A stretch of DNA of 64,000 bases. Source: Amphiscolops sp. MND2022. Its lineage: Eukaryota. The notes beneath the pieces are model-generated. The model worked only from the letters and a program-made list of their open reading frames with translations, searched no databases and had not been told where the DNA came from. Both the position numbers and the translations under genes were made by a program. Positions 60,658 to 64,000 of the stretch are shown in pieces; the stretch's first letter is position 1, and every line of letters starts with the position of its first letter. The stretch covers positions 5,644,001-5,708,000 of the forward strand of contig OZ076409.1 of assembly GCA_964187785.1 (NCBI GenBank), given 5' to 3'.

Positions 60658-63600
60658 ATGAAGCGCTGTATTTTAAATGATGATCAAATTTTTAATCTTA
60701 CAAATCACAATATCGATTGCAACTCCAACATTAAATTTCATGCCTCAAAGAATACTGATGGGTTGAAACATGAATGGTCTCACCATGTGAGCCACCAGTT
60801 ACCAAACACTAAACCTCATTACTGGGACCACCGAGTGCTACTGAACCGTGCTGGTGACATAGAACAAAATCCCGGTCCATGCCGAATATACAAGTTCGTT
60901 TGCGAAACAATCTCCAAAAATAAAACAAAACTAAAATATGTAAATATTAACTGTCAAAGTCTGACCCAGAAACGAACCCAAATTGAAACACTCTTAAATG
61001 ACCTCGGTAGAAATACTGTGTACGGTTTCACTGAAACATGGCTCAAAGATCATGACCATGTGAAACTCTGGGAAATGAAATCAGAACATTTTGAAACATT
61101 TCGAATTGACAGAAAAACAAAAAAAGGTGGAGGAATTATGCTCCTAGTACCAAAATCTCTACATCCGAAAGAACGAAAAGACCTCAATCATTTAAATCAG
61201 AAGTTATTTGAAAGCCTATGGGTTGAATGTAACCTGAACAACAACTCATCAATGAAACGAAAACAACTTATCAACATCAGTTACAATCCACAAAAGTCTC
61301 TTACTGATGCTTTTCTTGAAGAACTATCTACTAGTATCGACTATGCAATTGTCGAGAATAAACCCATCACGTTGATGGGTGATTATAACATCAACTATCT
61401 CAACCCCACAGAGAAACAAAGCTTAGACACAATTACAGTCCCATATGGGTTTCGAATACTAAACACATCAAGCCCGACAAGAATACAAAATAACTCAAAA
61501 TCTTTAATTGACTACATTATCACTGACTTACAATCTAATGAAAACTTTGAAACTATGGTTTGCGATACGCCGCTTAGAACTAGAAAAAACACGGACATTG
61601 ATTATTTAGCTACCGTTTGTATAACTGATATCCAAATGAAATCAAAAAGCAAAGCATTTATAAAAGAGATATTCGACAAATCAAACTACAACAAAGACAC
61701 ACTATGCGATGTAATAAGTCGTAGTAATTGGGGAAATTTTTACAATCAAAGCTGCCCCGAAGGAATGTTTACTATTTTCACACAAATTCTGGAAGATGCT
61801 ATAAAACAGTGTGTTCCAAAAAAAGAGTTTTCATACGAAACGACAAAAGCAGCCTTACAATCCACGAAAACTGGGTCAGCCAAGAAACAAAGAAACTCTA
61901 CCGAAAATTAGATAGAAGTATGCATCCTACTGATCAAACCTACATATCACTTAAACGAGTTTTCCTTGAAAACCTCGAAGCAAACCGCCTTGAAGATCAA
62001 ATAGCAAATTTCAACAACCTGACTACGGAAAAGGACAAATGGAAATTTATAAACGAATCCATAAATGCAAGGCGAACAAAAACTGAAATAACAAGCCTAA
62101 AGAACTGTTTCGGCGACCATGTAACAGACCAAAAGAAAATTGCAAACCTACTAAATTTTCGGTTCTCAAAATTAGGGGACTATATGGGGACTGCTAGGCC
62201 TTACGATCCGCCAACAGTACCCGAAACAAAAATCACGAAAAAAGTATTCTCGTTTCAACCCACTGTAGAAACGTCATTGCTGAGCCCCTTTGCTACCTAA
62301 TCAATGCCTTCATCATGGAAGGAAATATTCCAAATCATTTGAAACACGCTTTGGTAACTCCTATTTATAAAAAGGGAAACAGAGAAGACCCATGCAATTA
62401 TCGACCCATCTCAATAACCCCTGCCCTATCAAAAATTTTCGAAAAAATTCTAAGAAAACAAATGAATGAATATCTGGAGGAAAATCAGTTATTAAGCGAA
62501 ACACAGTTTGGTTTTCGAGCACGTTTTTCAACAACCGATGCATTACTTTATGCTACTGAAACTATCAGGAAAAATTTAGACGATGGCGAAAATGTCGCAC
62601 CAGCTTTCTTGGATTTATCAAAAGCCTTCGATTCCATATCGCATGAAATCTTGTTAAATAAATTAAAGCAATATAACTTCGACCCGATGTCAATCTCGAT
62701 GATACGAAGTTTTCTTTCCGAAAGATACCAAAAAGTAACACTTCCAAACTGTCACTCAGATTGGATAAAACTATACCAAGGTGTTCCTCAAGGAACCGTA
62801 CTCGGTCCATTACTATTCAACATCTACGTTAATGATATGCAGCATGAGGTTCAAAATGACTGCAATCTTTTGCAATACGCAGATGATACCATGGTGTTCA
62901 AATCAGATAGTAACATCGACAAAGCAATAGCCTCACTTGAACAAAATGTGAAGAAATTAGTATTCTTTTTTGAAAGTCACCGGTTGACCATCAATGCTGG
63001 CAAGACTGAATTTATATTTTTTTGTAAAAAAGCAAAAAATGATTCGATGAATAAACTGAAACTCAAAGTTCACAACCAAATAATTCCGGCAATCTCTAAT
63101 GCGAAATATCTCGGTGTTTATCTGGATCAAAATCTGAACTACCAAATCGAGATCAAAAATATCCTCCGCAAGATGGCACTGGGAATAAAAAGTCTGTACT
63201 CTGTACGAGACATATTCCCCCAAAAAACCAGGAAACTGCTTTTAAACGCCCTAGTGGTGAGCCACTTGCACTACTCAGCTATCTTACTAAGCGGAATTTC
63301 AGAAAACCTTCTTACCACTTTAGAGAAACAGTTAAATTGGGGAATAAAAGCATGTTTTAACCGTTTAGAATATGATCATTCATCAGATCTCAAAGTTCAG
63401 CATGATATCCTTGCAGTCCGATATCTCTTTCAAAGCAAAAATGCCAACTTCTACTGGAAATGGAAAAACAAAAAACTTCCGGCTTTTGCAGGGAAAATGA
63501 AATTTCCTACCGGTGACATAAGATCCCACGAACGAACCAAAAAAGTCTACTTCAACATCCAATGCAAAACTGACTTTCTTAAGAAAAGCTTTTTCAATAA

Positions 63601-63751
63601 AACAGTGCCCATATGGAACGAGTTACCTGACAAGCTAAAAATTGGGAAATGTACCTACATAACAACCAAAAAAAACATCAAACAATACTTCCTAAACAAA
63701 TATGTAAGTGAAAAAGACAATTTCGAATATGGAAAAAAAATGTTGGAGTGA
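60658..63751 (+). mobile_element. CR1/L2-group non-LTR retrotransposon ORF2 (APE endonuclease + RT), disrupted
   Basis: NCQSL, GFTETWL, GGGI, MGDYNI, SLIDYI; NYRPIS, QFGFR, FLDLSKAFD, GVPQGTVLGP, YADD, KYLGV. Frameshift near 61820 and an apparent deletion plus frameshift near 62260. Confidence 0.93.
60856..60879 (+). other. 2A-like (StopGo) ribosome-skipping motif
   Basis: LLNRAGDIEQNPGP fits D(V/I)ExNPGP and lies just before the APE domain. Confidence 0.88.
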
Positions 63752-64000
63752 ATATCGCTTTCGATAGATTATCTGTATTGTTTCTTGCAAAACTTAATGA
63801 TACCTCTTTCCTACTTTAAACTAAAAAAAATGTAAATACACTACCTTCTGAAAATAAATTACTATTTTATTGTCATTTATTAATGAAGGAAATACAGTGT
63901 TTTTTTTTTATATCCAACGGATCCTCATATCGATTTTTTCAGTCCGGGTTCAATTCGATAGCGGAAGAAAATTAAAACGACCTTTTTTGAAATAAGTATA

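Overview
Eukaryotic (probably animal; taxon not determinable) window made almost entirely of transposons; no intact host gene is seen. The core is a nest of giant Ty3/Gypsy-type LTR retroelements, all on the minus strand. Element A (6277-60397, TSD CATC, about 18.2 kb without its insertions) is AT-rich and carries an env-like glycoprotein. Three elements are inserted into A: a relative, element B (14156-30566, TSD GTAA), inside A's env; an 890-bp TIR element (10923-11812) in the env tail; and an unrelated GC-rich Gypsy, element C (41636-60242, 730-bp LTRs), inside A's 5' LTR. The 5' end of a third relative (D) occupies 1-~2135. The rest is a ~1.1-kb foldback element, a RING-finger remnant and a CR1/L2-group LINE with a 2A-like peptide (60658-63751). 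Most notable: the A/B/D family looks like a complex retrovirus-like element. It has a chuvirus-G/herpes-gB-like env, conserved small membrane ORFs upstream of gag, an array of covarying RNA structures in the leader, no conventional PPT and variable 3' accessory ORFs. Element C has an integrase tail with an AT-hook and two apparent Poa1p/TARG1-like macrodomains, plus a large 3' ORF with an SGNH-like domain. All domain calls are by-eye motif matches, and most ORFs are frameshifted.
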